Part shown: piece by piece, positions 32,505 through 46,619 of the stretch
Position numbering within the stretch: the first letter of the stretch is position 1
Layout of the letters: each line of letters begins with the position of its first letter
NCBI GenBank assembly: GCA_964019335.1
Contig: OZ025673.1
Location: 558,001-622,000 of the forward strand
DNA from: Diplonema japonicum
Taxonomy: Eukaryota > Protista > Euglenozoa: Diplonemea
Direction: 5' to 3'
DNA length: 64,000 nt
The notes under the pieces: model-generated
Database searches by the model: none
What the model was told of the DNA's origin: nothing
The model's input: the letters and a program-made list of their open reading frames with translations, nothing else
Position numbers and translations under genes: made by a program

Positions 32505-35252
32505 TCAAGCACTCGGGATAAAGATGGGGCACAGCACAAGGATGGTGGTCGACATGGTAGTGATAACCACGTGTAAGGAAGGTCCGCTAGTGTCCTTCGC
32601 CGGATCACCGACCTGTTTCGTGTACATAAAGTGTCAATATACATACCGTGTCACCTGTGACAGCCGCTTTGTGTGCCTCACTGCCCTTGCCACCGTGGTG
32701 ACCAGCCTCGATGTACTTCTTGGCGTTGTCCCAAGCACCCCCTGCATTGTCCAGCAAGGCGGCAAGTAGCAGTGCCGTCACTGATCCAAACATCATGAAC
32801 CCAGCTAGCACAGACACCGCTAGGAGCCTATCACCCCTGAAGTACCCGACCTGTGGTTGTTTTCTCGCGTTGTTTTGTAACCAAACCATTCTGAAAATCA
32901 GCCCCACCACCACAGGTGATATGAGAGCCAGCATGGTCGGAGGCGCTGCTTGGCGTAGCGCAGCTTTCGTTACAATCGACGTGCACACCGCATACTCGGG
33001 ACGCGTTGTGCTCTCCCTGTCGTGAGCGTGTCGTTTTGTATCACACATACATGATGCCGGGTATTTCATCAAACTGCCTGCGGACCTCCACCACCACCGC
33101 TTGTGCTGTGACACCCACTGCCGTCATGGTCCAGCCTGTGAAGACAAACACCATGGCCACACCCAGCAGACCACCGATCAGCACCTGTTGCGCTATGTGT
33201 TGTCATGTGCATACCTCAATCTTTGCGATGTTCACTACCTCGAATTCCTCTCCTGAGAAGGCGGCCACGTCGTCCATGAACGCACGGAACAACAGGAAGA
33301 ATGCCATTGCGGACCCTCCCACGGAGTACCCCTTGGTGGCGGCCTTCGTCACGTTGCCGATGGCGTCAAGGCTGTCTGTGGTGGCACGTGTCTCCTCGTT
33401 CTGACCGCTCATCTCAACGATGCCACCTGCGTTGTCGGCAATGGGGCCGAAGTTGTTCATCGACAAGATGAAGACAGCAGTGCAAAGAATGCCCATTGTG
33501 GCGACAGCAGTGCCCTGTGGTTGTGGTGGTATTACTTGCGTCGCAACATACGAACAACCCTGACGTCATTGGTGACGAGGGGAAGGCACCTTCACCGAGG
33601 TAGTAGGCGACGGCCAGATCGATCGAGATGATGATAGCCGGGGGGCCCGTGGATTCAAACCCCACGGCAAGCCCTTGAATCACGTTGGTGCCGTGGCCGG
33701 TAACACTGGCAGCAGCAATACCCCGCACAGGGTAGTAAGCATAATCGGTATAGTACTGGCAGACGAATAGCAGAACAAAAGCCGTAGCGATGCCGAGCAT
33801 CCCGCACAGCCAGAACCTGAACCACGCATTTGGGTAAGAAGGTATGTAAAGCATAAAGTAACAGACACCCGTGAAGAGGATGGTAGCAAGGAAGGCAGTG
33901 AGGAGGTAGCCCCTCTTCATGGCAGAAAGGGGAGAGGAGTCGGTGTGCTTGTACTTCACAGCAGCAATGCCTGCAGACGACACCAGGACATCCAGTGCGT
34001 GTATAACTAGTGGGAAGAAGATGTATCGTTGTGCGTAACTAGTCTCAAGCTTTACTTCATTCGACAAACTGCCGGCAAGGATCATGGTACCTAGGATCTC
34101 AGCAGCGATGGACTCGAACACATCGGCCATGCTGCCCGCGCAGTCGCCCACGTTGTCACCCACGAGATCGGCAATGACAGCTGGGTTGCGTGGGTCGTCT
34201 TCAGGGATGTTCTTGTCGATCTTTCCTACCATGTCAGCACCTACGTCGGCTGCCTTTGTGTAAATGCCACCCGCCACTTGCATGAAAAGGGCTACGAAAG
34301 ACGCTCCAAACCCGTATCCTGCGAGGAGCAGCGGGACGGAATTGCTAGGTATCCCATAGCAAGTGACAGCAATGAAGTGGAAGATGGCGTACAGCAAAGA
34401 CAACCCCATCATACACATGCAAGCACTCACAATGGCACTGAACGCACCTCCCCGGAAGGACATTTGGAGAGCGCCTCCAACAGACCCAAGCACCGCCTGA
34501 GCAGCGACCCGCAGGTTGGCACGGACACTGATCCACACCCCAACATACCCTGCCATGGCAGAGCATGCCGCCCCAATAACAAAACTAAGCGCTGTCAAGA
34601 CGGCCAACACAAATGAGTTGATTTCGAGACCTGGTGTCTGCTGTCTCATTAGGTATGCGAAGAAAAGCACAGTCGTGACACAAACTGCCATCTTGGCGAT
34701 GGATCCGTACTGGATCGAGAGAAAGCCCTCTGCAGCTTCGCGGATGGCGCTGGCTACATTCTTCATCTCGACGTCACCACAGTCACCCTCAAGGATTTCC
34801 CTTGCGAGGGTTGCCGCGTATGCTAGACCGAAGGTGCACACTATATGAACGAAGCAAAGTACATATCCTTGAGTTCCCACGAGGAGCAGGATGAAGAGAC
34901 ACCCGAGGATGGAGGAGGCGAGAGAGGCGTTGATGAGCTTCGTGTTTGTCAAGCCAAGCACCATGTCTGCAGAGTCATCTGCATGGTGCGCCAGGTGGGG
35001 GGACTGGTAGTGTTGTTGTTGCTGCTGCTGGGGTGCCTGATAGTCGTAGTGGCTCGTGTCACGATGAGCAGTGTATCCTTGAGCCTGCTGCGAGAAAGTG
35101 TCCATGTCTAACATGACACCGCCGCCAACCTGCGATGACGGCATCCCTGCGGTGCCCAAGCCAGCCCCCATCCCTGGCCGCTGCATCATCGTGTCCCGAG
35201 AACGCGAAACCACCTCATCACGGCGGGCCGGTTGTGAACCCCAGTCGTCCAT
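32505..35252 (-). CDS. Membrane-bound H+-translocating pyrophosphatase, K+-independent (type II/AVP2-like), 6 exons
   Basis: [82 protein letters not shown]. Introns 33515-33551, 33185-33214, 33017-33050, 32851-32886, 32613-32646. Confidence 0.95.
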
Positions 35253-35336
35253 GTTTTCGGTGACCCTTATTTGCGTTTAATGTTGCTGTAAATGATGACG
35301 GATAGAATACTGATCTGAATGAGGTGTGTTGGTGGT

Positions 35337-36034
35337 TTAGATCCACCAAAAGTCATTACCCCCTAGTGCAACTTTTCGGGGCTCCGTCTGCCCCGTCCCG
35401 ACGCACTGCATTTCTTCGGCGCTCGTAGCTATTAACTGATGCCCATAGTTGCTCATTGCGTACACCACGCCCAGCTCGTCCCGCAGCGTCGACAGCTGAT
35501 ACGACTTCCTGTCGCCCATTCCGATCTGTGAATAAGGTGTATTTGTTGCCCCTTTTCATACAATCTCGGCTCTCACAATATCGTTAGGCTTCATGCACCT
35601 CCACGTCTCTACGATCTTTGCGTTCTCTATGGAGGCTACTGCTTTGATGTCTTCTGCTTTTATGGTACCTGTGGTGTGCTGTGTTTGTGTAAAGAAAACA
35701 TACCTCTGAAAGGCGTTTTGCATTGCTTCTCTGCCACAGTAAAGATATCCACACTGATGAAAGAGCCCACCACCTTTACGACCCTCACCAGCACAACAGC
35801 CCCTATGAACGGTATGGGCATTTTTGATTTTTTGTTCTCCACGCTCATGACCTGCCCTGAGCTTAGCTCCACTGTTCCGGACAGCGTTGCCACGATCCTC
35901 CTCCCGACCCGCGCGGTGCCTTCTCCCACCAGCACCCCTCCTTTCTCATCCTTGTTGTCGTCATGCAACACGTCACCAGGCACAACACACGTGCCCACAA
36001 TGCTCTTGCTCACCAATTTTTGTTCTTTTGGCAT
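35337..36034 (-). CDS. CSL4: Exosome complex component CSL4/EXOSC1, 3 exons
   Basis: VVPGD..., FRGTIKAEDI, PNDIVRAEIIGMGD, LST...ELGVV and C..TGQTEPRKVA. Introns 35669-35703 and 35526-35561. Confidence 0.9.
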
Positions 36035-36164
36035 TTTCCCCTCTCTTTTTTTTTTTTGCCTTTTTTTTTTTTTTTGTGTCGTACTGTGAATACGTTTGTT
36101 CGGCTAGTGTAACATTAGCACAAGGGAATCAAAAAAAAAAAAAGAAATACATTGTACAAATGGT

Positions 36165-37894
36165 TTACATCTTGCCGTGGTCCTTCAACCACTGCTCCAC
36201 GGCCTCGGGGTCACCAAGCAAGTGGTCTCCCATAACTGACTCTTCGGATGACTGCGATGCAGTGTCCTTGTCTTTTTTAGCAGGTTTAGGAGTTGGCTTC
36301 GTTGCAGGTTTAATAGGCTTGTCGTCATATGACGCACTCCCCGTCTTAGGTGGAGGCTTCAAAGGGCGGTCGTCCAATGGTACGGTTGATGTGGTCGACG
36401 CCGCCCTCTTCTGTGCTGGTTTGATAGGTTTGTCATCGATGTTTGATGATGGCCTGCTCACAGTACTGGCGGCGCCTGCCTTGGGGCTGGGCTTCGCAGT
36501 AGAAGTCGCAGTTTGCGTCGCTGGCTTTGCGGACGGATTGGGCGTAACCGGCTTCGACGCGGCAGTCGAGGCAGAAGCAGAAGCAGAAGCAGATGCCTTT
36601 GGTGCTGGCTTACTAACAGCTGTGGTATCACCATCCTTGCTATGCCCGCATAGCTTGCACGACTTGTCGTCCTTCTTCATATTCTGTTTGTATTTTTTCT
36701 ATAGTGCTCTACAGGTATACCTCCATATTTATGTCATGTCGCAGCAAGTTGTACTCCTGGCGCGTCCTTTCCATTCTGCTCAGGCCGTTTGCAGTTGTGT
36801 GTTCGCTGCCCGCCTGCTGTGCCTCCTCGGCAAGGTAGTGCAGAATATCTGTGGTGTACATGACGTGACGTGCAAGCCGTACTCATACCATGTCTGTGTC
36901 CGAACTTCATGTCTGCCAGCCCGTGCGGGGTTTTAGCCGACATGTTTAGAGCAGAGTCAGCCTGCAGCATGGCAGCGGCTCTTAGGCTCTTGCTGTGTGC
37001 CACTGTGTCGTATGGTCCAGGCAACGAGGCTAACGGTACGGGGTTGTCGGTATACGATCGGACCAAGCTCTGCACTGTTGTCTGCAGTTGTGCCTGCTGA
37101 TCGACCATCGAGTGGACAGAAGCTAAGACGTCCCCCACAGACGTATTGAGGTCAGATGCGTGTGGTGCCGGTGATCGTATTTTCTGCACCTTCACCTGGT
37201 AGCGTGGGTACCTCTTCGTCAGCCCGCTCTTGTTCGCAACTGTCAGCTCGTAGCCGTTCCGAAGACCGCAGTCTCGTACCGTCACGTCACCTGGTAGCTC
37301 TTGCCCGGCCAGCAGCAAGATCTGCCTCTCTGAAGGTATGTTGGCACGCTCCGCTATTATCTCCTTCACGTATTCGATGCTGTACGAGGGGAGCAGCATC
37401 AGCCGCACAATGGTAAAGGGGTTTACACGAACGGTCACACGGATTTTCCCGCACCGCCCCACCCGAAGCCACGCGTTGCCCCCACCCAGACCGCTTTGCC
37501 GAACAGTGAGGCGGTCGTTGTCAAGCCTCGCTGCCCCGAACCACAAGGATTGCTCTGCCGCAGGTATCCCACACTTGTAAGAAAGCCTTTCCTTCACGAC
37601 GCTCAGTGTGTCAGTCGAATTGACGTTGAGCTTGATGATCTCCTGCGTGCCGAGCACCTCCACATCCAGTAGCATGCTGTTGCTGTCGGCCCCCGACCCG
37701 AACCTCACAGGCATGGCCACCACATCCCCTTCCTGTACCCTAGTCGCCATGACTCTCAAGCCACTGTGGCTGTCTTCCATCTCAACCTTGCTGAAGATGG
37801 CCATGGGCAGTGACAGGATGTCCACACCGCTCGGCACATGGACCACCGCCCAGCATGTTGCGTTCGCGGTGACTTTGAAGTCGGCTATCGACAT
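36165..37894 (-). CDS. Protein with two ubiquitin-like domains and low-complexity C-terminus, 3 exons
   Basis: Ubl1 (DTLSVVKERL...GIPAAEQSLWFGAARL) and Ubl2 (SIEYVKEIIAERANIPSERQILLLAGQEL...TVRDCGL); no terminal GG. Introns 36849-36888 and 36684-36720. Confidence 0.75.
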
Positions 37895-37978
37895 CTCACG
37901 GCATCCCTAATCCCTATAGATGGTGGTGCTGTTTGTTACAAAGTATAGTGTATATTCTTCGGGTCCACTGCCTGCCCC

Positions 37979-38769
37979 TCACAGCGTAGCGTATTCGGGC
38001 GACAAGTGCGAGAGGAGCAGCTGGGAGGTTAGTACTCTTATAAAAGGTACGCGTTTAGGAATGACGTAGTCATACACCTGTGTAAGAAAAAAAAAAAAAC
38101 GTGATAATCATTTTTTCTCCTTCTGTACCGTACCTTGGAGATGGGTGATGGCAGTTTGCGGAAGCGGGGGCTGGTCGCAGCGACCCCTGCAAGGACACCT
38201 GCGACGGCCATGAGCAGGGTATCGGTGCCGTGGAGGAGCGATAACTGTGAATTTAAAAAAAAAAAAAAAACCTCCCCTCTTAACGTTACCTGAAGGGCGA
38301 AGAGAAGGAACGGGGTGGTGGCGTCGATCTTGATGCCATGAAGCGTAAAGGAATACACAGTGGGTGTCGTGAGGTACGCAGCGTAGATGGAGGCGAAACA
38401 GAGAAAATAAGGCCCGGGGAGGATGGTGCTGTAGGAAGGCGCAATGCGGAAGAGTATTAAGCGAAAGACCCAGCCAAGAAGATGGGTGGAAACGAAGAAG
38501 GAGGCAAGAGTTCGGGAGCTCCACTGCGCCTCGAGCTGCTTACCTGCTGACATTAATATACTCACTGAAAATATCATCTCCCCAGCTGTGTGGATGTAAA
38601 ACGGGAGCATCAGGACCCGAAAGAGCTGCATCCATGACCACACATGTAGCAGATCCCATATTTCAAAAGGCTGAACACTGCCCCATAACATTCCATCTGC
38701 CAGACATCCAAAACATATCACACTCACCAGCGTCGCCACCACTGGGTGCGTCCGGTACAAGCTCCCCAT
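37979..38769 (-). CDS. Rhomboid-like pseudoprotease (UBAC2/Dsc2-like) membrane protein, 3 exons
   Basis: Multi-TM with LEAQWSSRTLASF and PGPY motifs. Introns 38245-38289 and 38078-38133; ends PEYATL*. Confidence 0.55.
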
Positions 38770-39318
38770 TATCTGTCTTGGAATATTTAATGGGAATGAG
38801 ATCAGTACTTGGTAATAAATTGAAGAAACAAAGAGGCTGTGCCTGCACGCTCTCCCTCCCTCTCTCTTTTTTTTTTTTTTTTTTTTTTTTGTCCCGTACC
38901 CTCCTCAGGAGAAATACAAGAAGGTTTATTCCGCAATACCCGTGTTACTTTTTTTTTCTTTCTTTCTTGTCTTTATAAAAAAAAAAAAAGAAAATATAAA
39001 ACTGGTCTTCTTCAGTCAAAGAGAGAACAGGAGGAAAAAAAAAGGAAACAGATGAGTTGCATGGGGACAAGAGGGGATTAGCAAGCGGGAGATGCAAGGT
39101 AGGGAAGGAGAACTGCTAGTGAGCTCTCTCTGCTGGTACATAGAAAAGAAAAGGGAGGGGTTTTCCAAATTAACACCCTTTTTTTAAAGCCATTTTTAAA
39201 CAGGGAAAAAGCAAAAAAAAAAAAAAAAAAAAAATGAGAAGTCTTTTTTTTTTTCCCTCTCAAATATACCCCTCTGCCCTTCCAAAAAAAAAAAAGGAGG
39301 GGAAAAAAAAAAATCGTT

Positions 39319-42300
39319 TTACCAAAAAGGACACCACCCTGTGTAACACTGGGCGAGGTGTTCCAAAGACCGTGCAGCGCGCATGAGGGTGCCTACCTGT
39401 TCAGACACGTCGAGGGTGTGGTACGTCGCCTCGCTGAGGTGCGAGGCCCAGTCAGGCACGCGCACTGACGTGTTGAGGGGTGAGAGGACATCGGCAACAG
39501 GTGAACGGACTTGGAAGTCTGTCCCATCTAGCTTCGCTTGTATCCGTTTGATTACTGCAGTGACACCGTCCTTGGTGGCGCCCTCGTCAGAGGCTTGGCG
39601 TTTGGAACCAGCCCTCACATACGAGGAGGGAGAGGGGCGTGACTCTGCAATGAGCAGCTCGCTCTCCTCAGAGGCTCTCTTTTCCCCCTCCACAGCAAGC
39701 CGCCAGCTCACAATCGGATCATGCACAAAGGCCTCCAACATGGCCATCAGCGGATGCTTCCCCTTTCGTAGGATGCCCATCCCTGCGCACGCCGTCCTTT
39801 TGAAGGTCCCCGACACCCCGCCTACACCCATTGCACGTACCATCTGTAAGGTATTTTAATACTTCTTTTAAAGCACACACCATGTTCGTCAATCGAAACG
39901 GTACCTTCTCCGGGTACAGCTCTCTGTTCATTGCCGACTCGAAACAGTCAGCAAAGTCGATGTGGACCACCTTCCCGTCGTACCCGAACATGAGGTTCCC
40001 CGGGTGCCTGTCCCCCAGCCCTATGATGTACCCCACCATCGACATCATCGCGTTGCTGCGTGTGAAGATGCTGCGCCGCTCGATCCATTCCGACGCGTCC
40101 ACCGACTTCATCCAAAGCATCATGTGGATGTCGTCACTCTGCGTCGCTTGCAACGTGCTCTCCAACGCCTCCACCTTCTGTATCACCTGCAGCGTGTTGG
40201 CGAACCCATACTGCTGCGCCATGAACATGTCGATCTCCTCCTTCATCCTTTTAGGGTTGTTCCCACGCATCTCTGCCACGATCCTGTCCATAGTCTGGGC
40301 CCTCTCCACCCACCCGATAAGCCCTGCTGTGGGGGACAAGGGCACCACAGCATAGATCTCAATCGTCGGTATCGCTACTTGAGTGGACTCATTCACTTTT
40401 ATTAGCGTGTTAACTAGTGCTAGGAGCTGCAGCACACGTTGATCGAGCCGAAGATCTTCCTGTCCCTTCAAGAGGAAGAGGTGCTCTTTCCCATCGCAGC
40501 CCATGACCGTAAGCTGCTTGGGTCGCCTCTTTGAGCCCATGACGTGCAGGACGGAGCAGAAGTTCTTGATTCTGATATCTTCCGTATCTGGGATTGTGAC
40601 ACTAAGGTCGTGTGCCTCGTACAGCTCACGTGAGGCGTCGCATAGGTGTATCACACGCTGCATCTTCAGTTGCTCCGTCAATCTGGCGAAGACTTGTCCG
40701 TAGTATATCCAAGCACGCTTCATGTCAGTCTGGTGGCGTGTTTCCTGCCATGCTTGCCAGCTTACCTTCGCTGTGCACAGCTCCCTCTCATATAACGCCT
40801 TGAACTGCTTGTCTAACTCTGTCACGGGCTTCGCAAGCTCTTCGTGTAAAGGTCCCATAATAGACACCACTGCAGCGCCGTTGCCCATCATCCACAGCCT
40901 GTTTGCCTCCACCAGACATTCATACCACTTTTCGCTCCACAGTACCGCCACTCTTACCAATCCAGTGCTCACCACTTCTGCTTCACTTGCCAACGCAGGC
41001 AACCGTGCACTTACATAAGAATAGACAGCTGCTGCCTTTTTCATTTTGTTACTGTTCTCAGGGGCTGTGCTTCTTAATGGCACTGACACGGCCAGAAGCA
41101 CCTTTTGTGGATAGAGCAGTGATATCAGACACAGGAGGTCGTGCAGCATGCTGCTAAGAACAGGGTCAGTCCCCCCGATCCTCGCCACGATCTGCGGCAG
41201 GACAGGCACCCAGTGTGATGGAACCATCGTCTCAAAAGTGTGACGTAGCTCCATTTCCACTTCATGAAGGCATCCGAATGAGAACAAGAGTCGCAGCAAC
41301 CGCAGTACATCCTGAGTGGCCAGTTCGGGGGGGTCGCATAGCTCGATGCACCTGACAAAACCCTTCACAGCGTCGAGAGCAAAGACACCGCGTTCCTCCA
41401 GTTTAAGTGTCTCGTCTCTGTGAGCAATGCGAAGGTTCAGCAAGGCCCACTCGTGCCATATCTTGTACTCTACGTCACCAGCCTCCTGCAACTCCACCAT
41501 CGCTTTTGCAGAAGACAGGTGCTGGAGGAGTACGCTTCTATGCGGCTCCATCCAGAAGTCATTCGGGTGGACAGTCTGCTTCCACTGCGCAGTCATGAGT
41601 AGCGCGTCTCGCCGCACCCCAGGGGGGGTCGAGGGGTGCAGCGTTTGTGCAAATTGTTCCAACTGACCGAGCAGACCGGCCCTGCCTTGAGTCTCGATCT
41701 CCCATATGTGTTGTAGGTAAACAATCACTAGCTTGGGGTTGGCACCCAGGTTGCAGATAGAATCCATTTTCTCGGATCCTGTGGACGTGTCGCCGCCCAG
41801 CAGAGTTTTCAGCGTGCGTGCTGCTCGCTTTGTCTCTAAGATCCCCACGTAGTGCAGCCAATCATCGATAATCTCGTGTGACTCAACCACAAGGGATCTC
41901 AGCACCAACGTGTCACGCATGTGCCACGCGTCGTGTCGCATATTCCTCAGCCGTGCCGACCACACCTTCAGCAGCTCCGCTTTCCTGCCTTCTGATTTCG
42001 TGTTGCATTCAATAATCTCTTCAACTTCCGCAAGGTGTTGCAACATCACAACCAGCTCATAGCCCCTTCCTTTCGCACTACCGACATGTTCCCTCACATC
42101 TTTTTCAAGACCTTCCCTGCATTGCTTGATTAGCGCTTTTGCCACTTCTACCTCACCGTCTTTGATTGCCAGTATTGAACGGTAGAATGCAGCCGTACAA
42201 CCCGCAGGGCTGTCTCCAGGGCGGCGGGCAGCACCCTCCCCCGGCTTAGGCATCAAACCAACGTTCTCGTGGAGAGCTTGCCAATCGTTGAGCATCCATG

Positions 42301-45300
42301 CAGCATGGCTCACTGCCCTTGCAGTTCGCTTTTTCACTGCGGGGCTGACCCAGTTCTTGGACAGGGACAGCACGCCTCGCCAGTCGCCCATATGCTCCTT
42401 GCATCTCATCATCCCTGCTACGTGGTGCGGCCAATCAGCCTCCCCAGCAGCGTTGCAAGCACGTTGAAACTGTTCATAAGCACGACCCCACCACCCAAGG
42501 TCCTCGTATGTCTCAGCACCTGTGATCGTATCGGCGACGCCCCTCCGCTTAATGAGCGCTAGAACACCTTCCGCTTGATAAGGTTGTTCTAGACACTTGT
42601 TGATGTGTACTACACGCCTGCAGGCTTCTAGGTATGCGACACGAGCACACTCGGGCCACGACATTGGGTCAGCAGGGGCTGTCTCTTTCTCAATCTTGTA
42701 CACATCTGTTTCGAGCCAGTACAGAGCGAGAGGGTAATTCTGGCACGTCTCGGCTAAAGGCCAGAGCTTGTCTGGCGGAAGGAATTTGTGCACCCTTCGC
42801 TGTCGCTCGCCAGCATCTGCAAAATGCTGGGCATAAGCCCGCTCTACGAACACGCAGAGATTGAGCAGCGGGTGCAAGATCTTCCGCGCAGTAGGCATAA
42901 CTAAAACTTCACGAATAGCATCAGACATGACTTCTTGGCAGTGCTGGTTCACCGAATTGTAGCATAGTGCAAAGGCTTGCGGGAATAGAGTTCTTGCGAG
43001 TGGCGGGTGCCCACGCCCGATATGTGCAGATGCTCGTAGAACTGTGCGAGGAGACTGAGCAAGGAGCTCTTGAGCGACAGCATCAAGCCACCTCTCGCAG
43101 TCTAGTTCAGAATAGGCGGGTGTGTAACTGCTTATTGCTGCTTCTATCAACTTTGTGTTCACATGGTGCTGCTGGAGTGTGGGGTTGTAAGCACTCTGAT
43201 CAGGTTCGATAGCCTTTTGCAACGGTGACTTCCCTGACCCGTCAGACAAGGACCGGATCCTCGCGTCGTTGAGCTCACACTCGCCCAGCAGGACAGGGAG
43301 TGCTTCCTGTGCTTCTACTCCAGGCATCTCGCGCAAGCTGCGTGCCACAGACTGCCTGAACATCTCAAAGTCCGTATCAATGGCAGCAGCAACAATACAA
43401 AGCGTGCGGAGTGCTTCTGCACCCACCCCATGTCTTGCATCAGCAGCGGGGGTCACTACACCCTCTGAAATCCTGACTAGGGCATGGATGACACGTGCAG
43501 ACACTTCCTTCATAGGCACTCCATAGCTCAAAATGCTGAGGGTCTGAATGCACTTTATGCGGAGCTCAGGCAACTGGTCTGTCGCACTCGCCACATCCAA
43601 CAAGCAAACGCAAACCGGAATGAGAAACGGGATCACCAGCGTGGACATCGTCTCGAAGGCCTGCACGGCACGTGTTGCGAGCACATTGTCATAGAGTCCA
43701 TTCCTGACCAATTCAATAAGTTTCGGCATCAGCCACTGCACGTAGTCCTTCATGGCATCGAGCACCACATGCAGCTCCTCAGCAAGCAAGATAATCGTCA
43801 TTGTTTGCTGTAAATGTTATAGTTATTTTCATTGCAAATACCTGCTGCTCTCGAGGGTCCCAAAAGTCATTCATTACAGCCACCACCTGAGTGATGTACC
43901 GGTTGGCCATTGCTGTGGTCTCGTTGGCAACATCCGACTTTGGGGCAGATTGCGCAGCCTGTGCGAGTGTGATTCATAAATTGAAGCATACAATAGCCAC
44001 AGTATGGACCAAGGCTCGGAATAATGTCTCTGCCAGGGCAGGGTCGCGGTTCTTAGACTCCCTGCACGCGTTCAGTAAGGTAATCAATGCAGGGAACACA
44101 CGAGCAAGCAAGCCTGCTGGCTTGGCACCTGCGATCGAGGGTACAGCCTTCAGCACACTTTGCAGCGCCTGGACAGTTGCCCTTCTATGGAAAGCCAGCG
44201 AGGGGTGTTCTAAGATCTGCAGCAGTGTAGCCGACGTGATGTGCGCATCAAAATCACTTGCTGTTGCTTTCACCGAGCTTTCGCTCAATGGCTTTTTCCG
44301 TGAGGCTGTGCTGAGGTCGATAGCTCCAATGATGCCGAGTAGTTGCAGTGTCTCTGACCTTGTAACTGGATCACTGTCACGAAGGTACTCAAACAACCTT
44401 GGAAGGACGAAAGGGTACTCAGATAAGAAACCAGGGTGTCCCCTGCTTAAGAGGCACCCTAGCAACCTAGCAGCCGGCGCTGATGCAACAGATGACTGCC
44501 CCGTGAGGATGTCGGCAGAAGCGCTGACCAGCACAGCGTGCGCCTCTGGAGCGATACTGAGACATGAATCAAGCTGCAGATAGAGTGTTCTGAGCAAAGC
44601 AGCCCTAAAGCGTGCACTCTTCGCAGTAAGCAATCGATCGATGAGGAGGTCATTCAACCCCAACGCGGTGTCGTACTTCATCAGGACGTGCGGAGCCACT
44701 CTCGCAAGGTGGCCGAGCATACGTGCAGCTTGTTCTTGCTGCATAACGTCGGTCGGGCATTGAAGCTCCGTCGTGACTTGTGATGCCAAAAGCTGTAGGC
44801 GCGCTGCAACAAACTCCGAGTCGTTGGCCACAGTGGCGATAATTTCTAGGGCCACCTCTCTTGCATCGGCCACCTCGTCTACCAGCGAGGCACACAAGTG
44901 CTCTACACATGCATTTTGTTTCATAAGATCTTTCGAGCGCGGCACTGTGTTGCTCTGCAGGCTGCGTAGGGTTCCAAGTCGTACGTCAGCACAGGGGTCG
45001 GACACAGCTACTCTGAGCGTCTCTACTAGTACTTCTTTGCATAAATCAGGGTATGCATCGAGCACAGTCACTAAGAACGTATTTGCTGCTGCCGCCTTCA
45101 TTCTAACATCAGACCTGCTGTGGTGCAGCAAAGGCAGAACATGCATTACCAACTTGTGACAGTCATCGAACATCCGTACATCACACACCGCTAGTGTGTC
45201 TAACGCTTGCAGCACGGCGCTGCACGTGGTATCCACTTGGTAGGCGCTCAGGATGTCTTCTAACTTGTCGACGATAATATTTGTGATCTCAGACGCTCTG

Positions 45301-46619
45301 CTATGGTCTTTGCCGAAGCCGAGGAGCAATTGTGCAAAGAAAGGGCACAGAAGAAGACGTGACGCCCGCGACAACAGTGTGTTGGACAGCTCGGCGACAA
45401 GCGTAGCGTTGCCGCAGACTTTGTTCGCCGCAACCACACAAGCAGCGGCTCCAAGACAAGGAGGGTCCGTAGTCAAGGCATTCAACACACTCGCAGTGAC
45501 CTTCGGCACATCATTTAATATGTCACAGCCACGCTGTGCTTCGATTATGCACGCAAGTGACTGGAACGCCGTCTGCCGCACCTTGTTGGGCACCCCATAA
45601 GGCGTCAGCAGCTCGGACAAATCCCCTACACTCTGATCAGCACTCTGAGCTTCTGCAAGGCTTGTACACATCAATGCAGCACCTTTGCAGAAGGAAGCAA
45701 ATGCACCAGAATCATAGGCAGCAAGAGTGCATAACAGCTTAACAGCGACCACTCTGAGGAAGGTGGGGCAGTCTTGTTCGCAGATGTTCATGCAGCTTCC
45801 GCAGATAGTCTCAAAGGAGCCGTTTTTAGGAAGCCCCTTCTCGTTTATGAACCCGACGACCACCAGCATGATGCCATGGCACAGCATGGGATCGTCACTG
45901 GATATCGATGCGATGCACTTAACAAGCAAGTCGTCCTCATCATCCTCACTTGAGTCGTACTTCAACAGAATGGCGAATGCAGACGAGGTTGCTTCTCTGG
46001 TGATGATGGAGGGGTGCCCAAGGCCCTTCCATAAGCCCAGGCGGAAGCTCTTTAGTCTGGGTATCATGAGTGATGGCGCAGCAGCAGTAAGTTCTCTGAA
46101 GCCTACGGCGGCACAGTAGAACCTTTTAGCTTGACCTGCCATTAACCACTCAAGATACCTGTTGCTCTCTGCCTCGACTATATCGTGGGTCAGCACGAAG
46201 TCTGTTTTCAGAATGCGTCCCATCGCTGCTGCGGCCAGCTGCACCTGCTGGTGGTCCTGCGAGCAGAGCAGGTGGGATAAAAAATTTGAAAAAAACGACA
46301 AATGCGCCGTCCTGCTGGAGCTGTCACTGTACTCAACAGTAATGAGAGCATCAACAGCTTGGATACAAGCATGTCGTGCTTCAAGGGAAGGACATTTCGA
46401 GAGCACCTGCAGCTTTCTGTTCAACACACGTTGGAAGTGTCGCAGCTGGTCGGGGGCGACCGTCATCGCTTGTGCTTCCATTAGACGCTTCAACTCTCTT
46501 ACAGCGCGTTCCTTCTCATTCCCCTGTACCCTAAGACATGCTCGCTCAACAGCACCTATCCAGTCCTGGGATGGAACTTGCTTCGTGTTCTGCTGTTCCC
46601 ATTGCCAGTCGTGTCCCAA
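39319..46619 (-). CDS. TOR: Target of rapamycin (TOR) kinase: HEAT-FAT-FRB-PIKK-FATC; start codon uncertain
   Basis: FRB (VAVLWSEKWYECL..AWIYYGQVF), kinase (SKRRPK, LLKGQEDLRLDQR, GLGDRHPGN, HIDFADCFE, PEKVPFRLT), FATC (LAQCYTGWCPFW*). Introns 43959-43991, 43808-43841, 39844-39880. Confidence 0.95.

Noticed and set aside
35292-35318. ATGATGA...CTGA resembling C/D snoRNA boxes
   Set aside because: Only 27 nt, antisense to the array, with no terminal stem or guide region.
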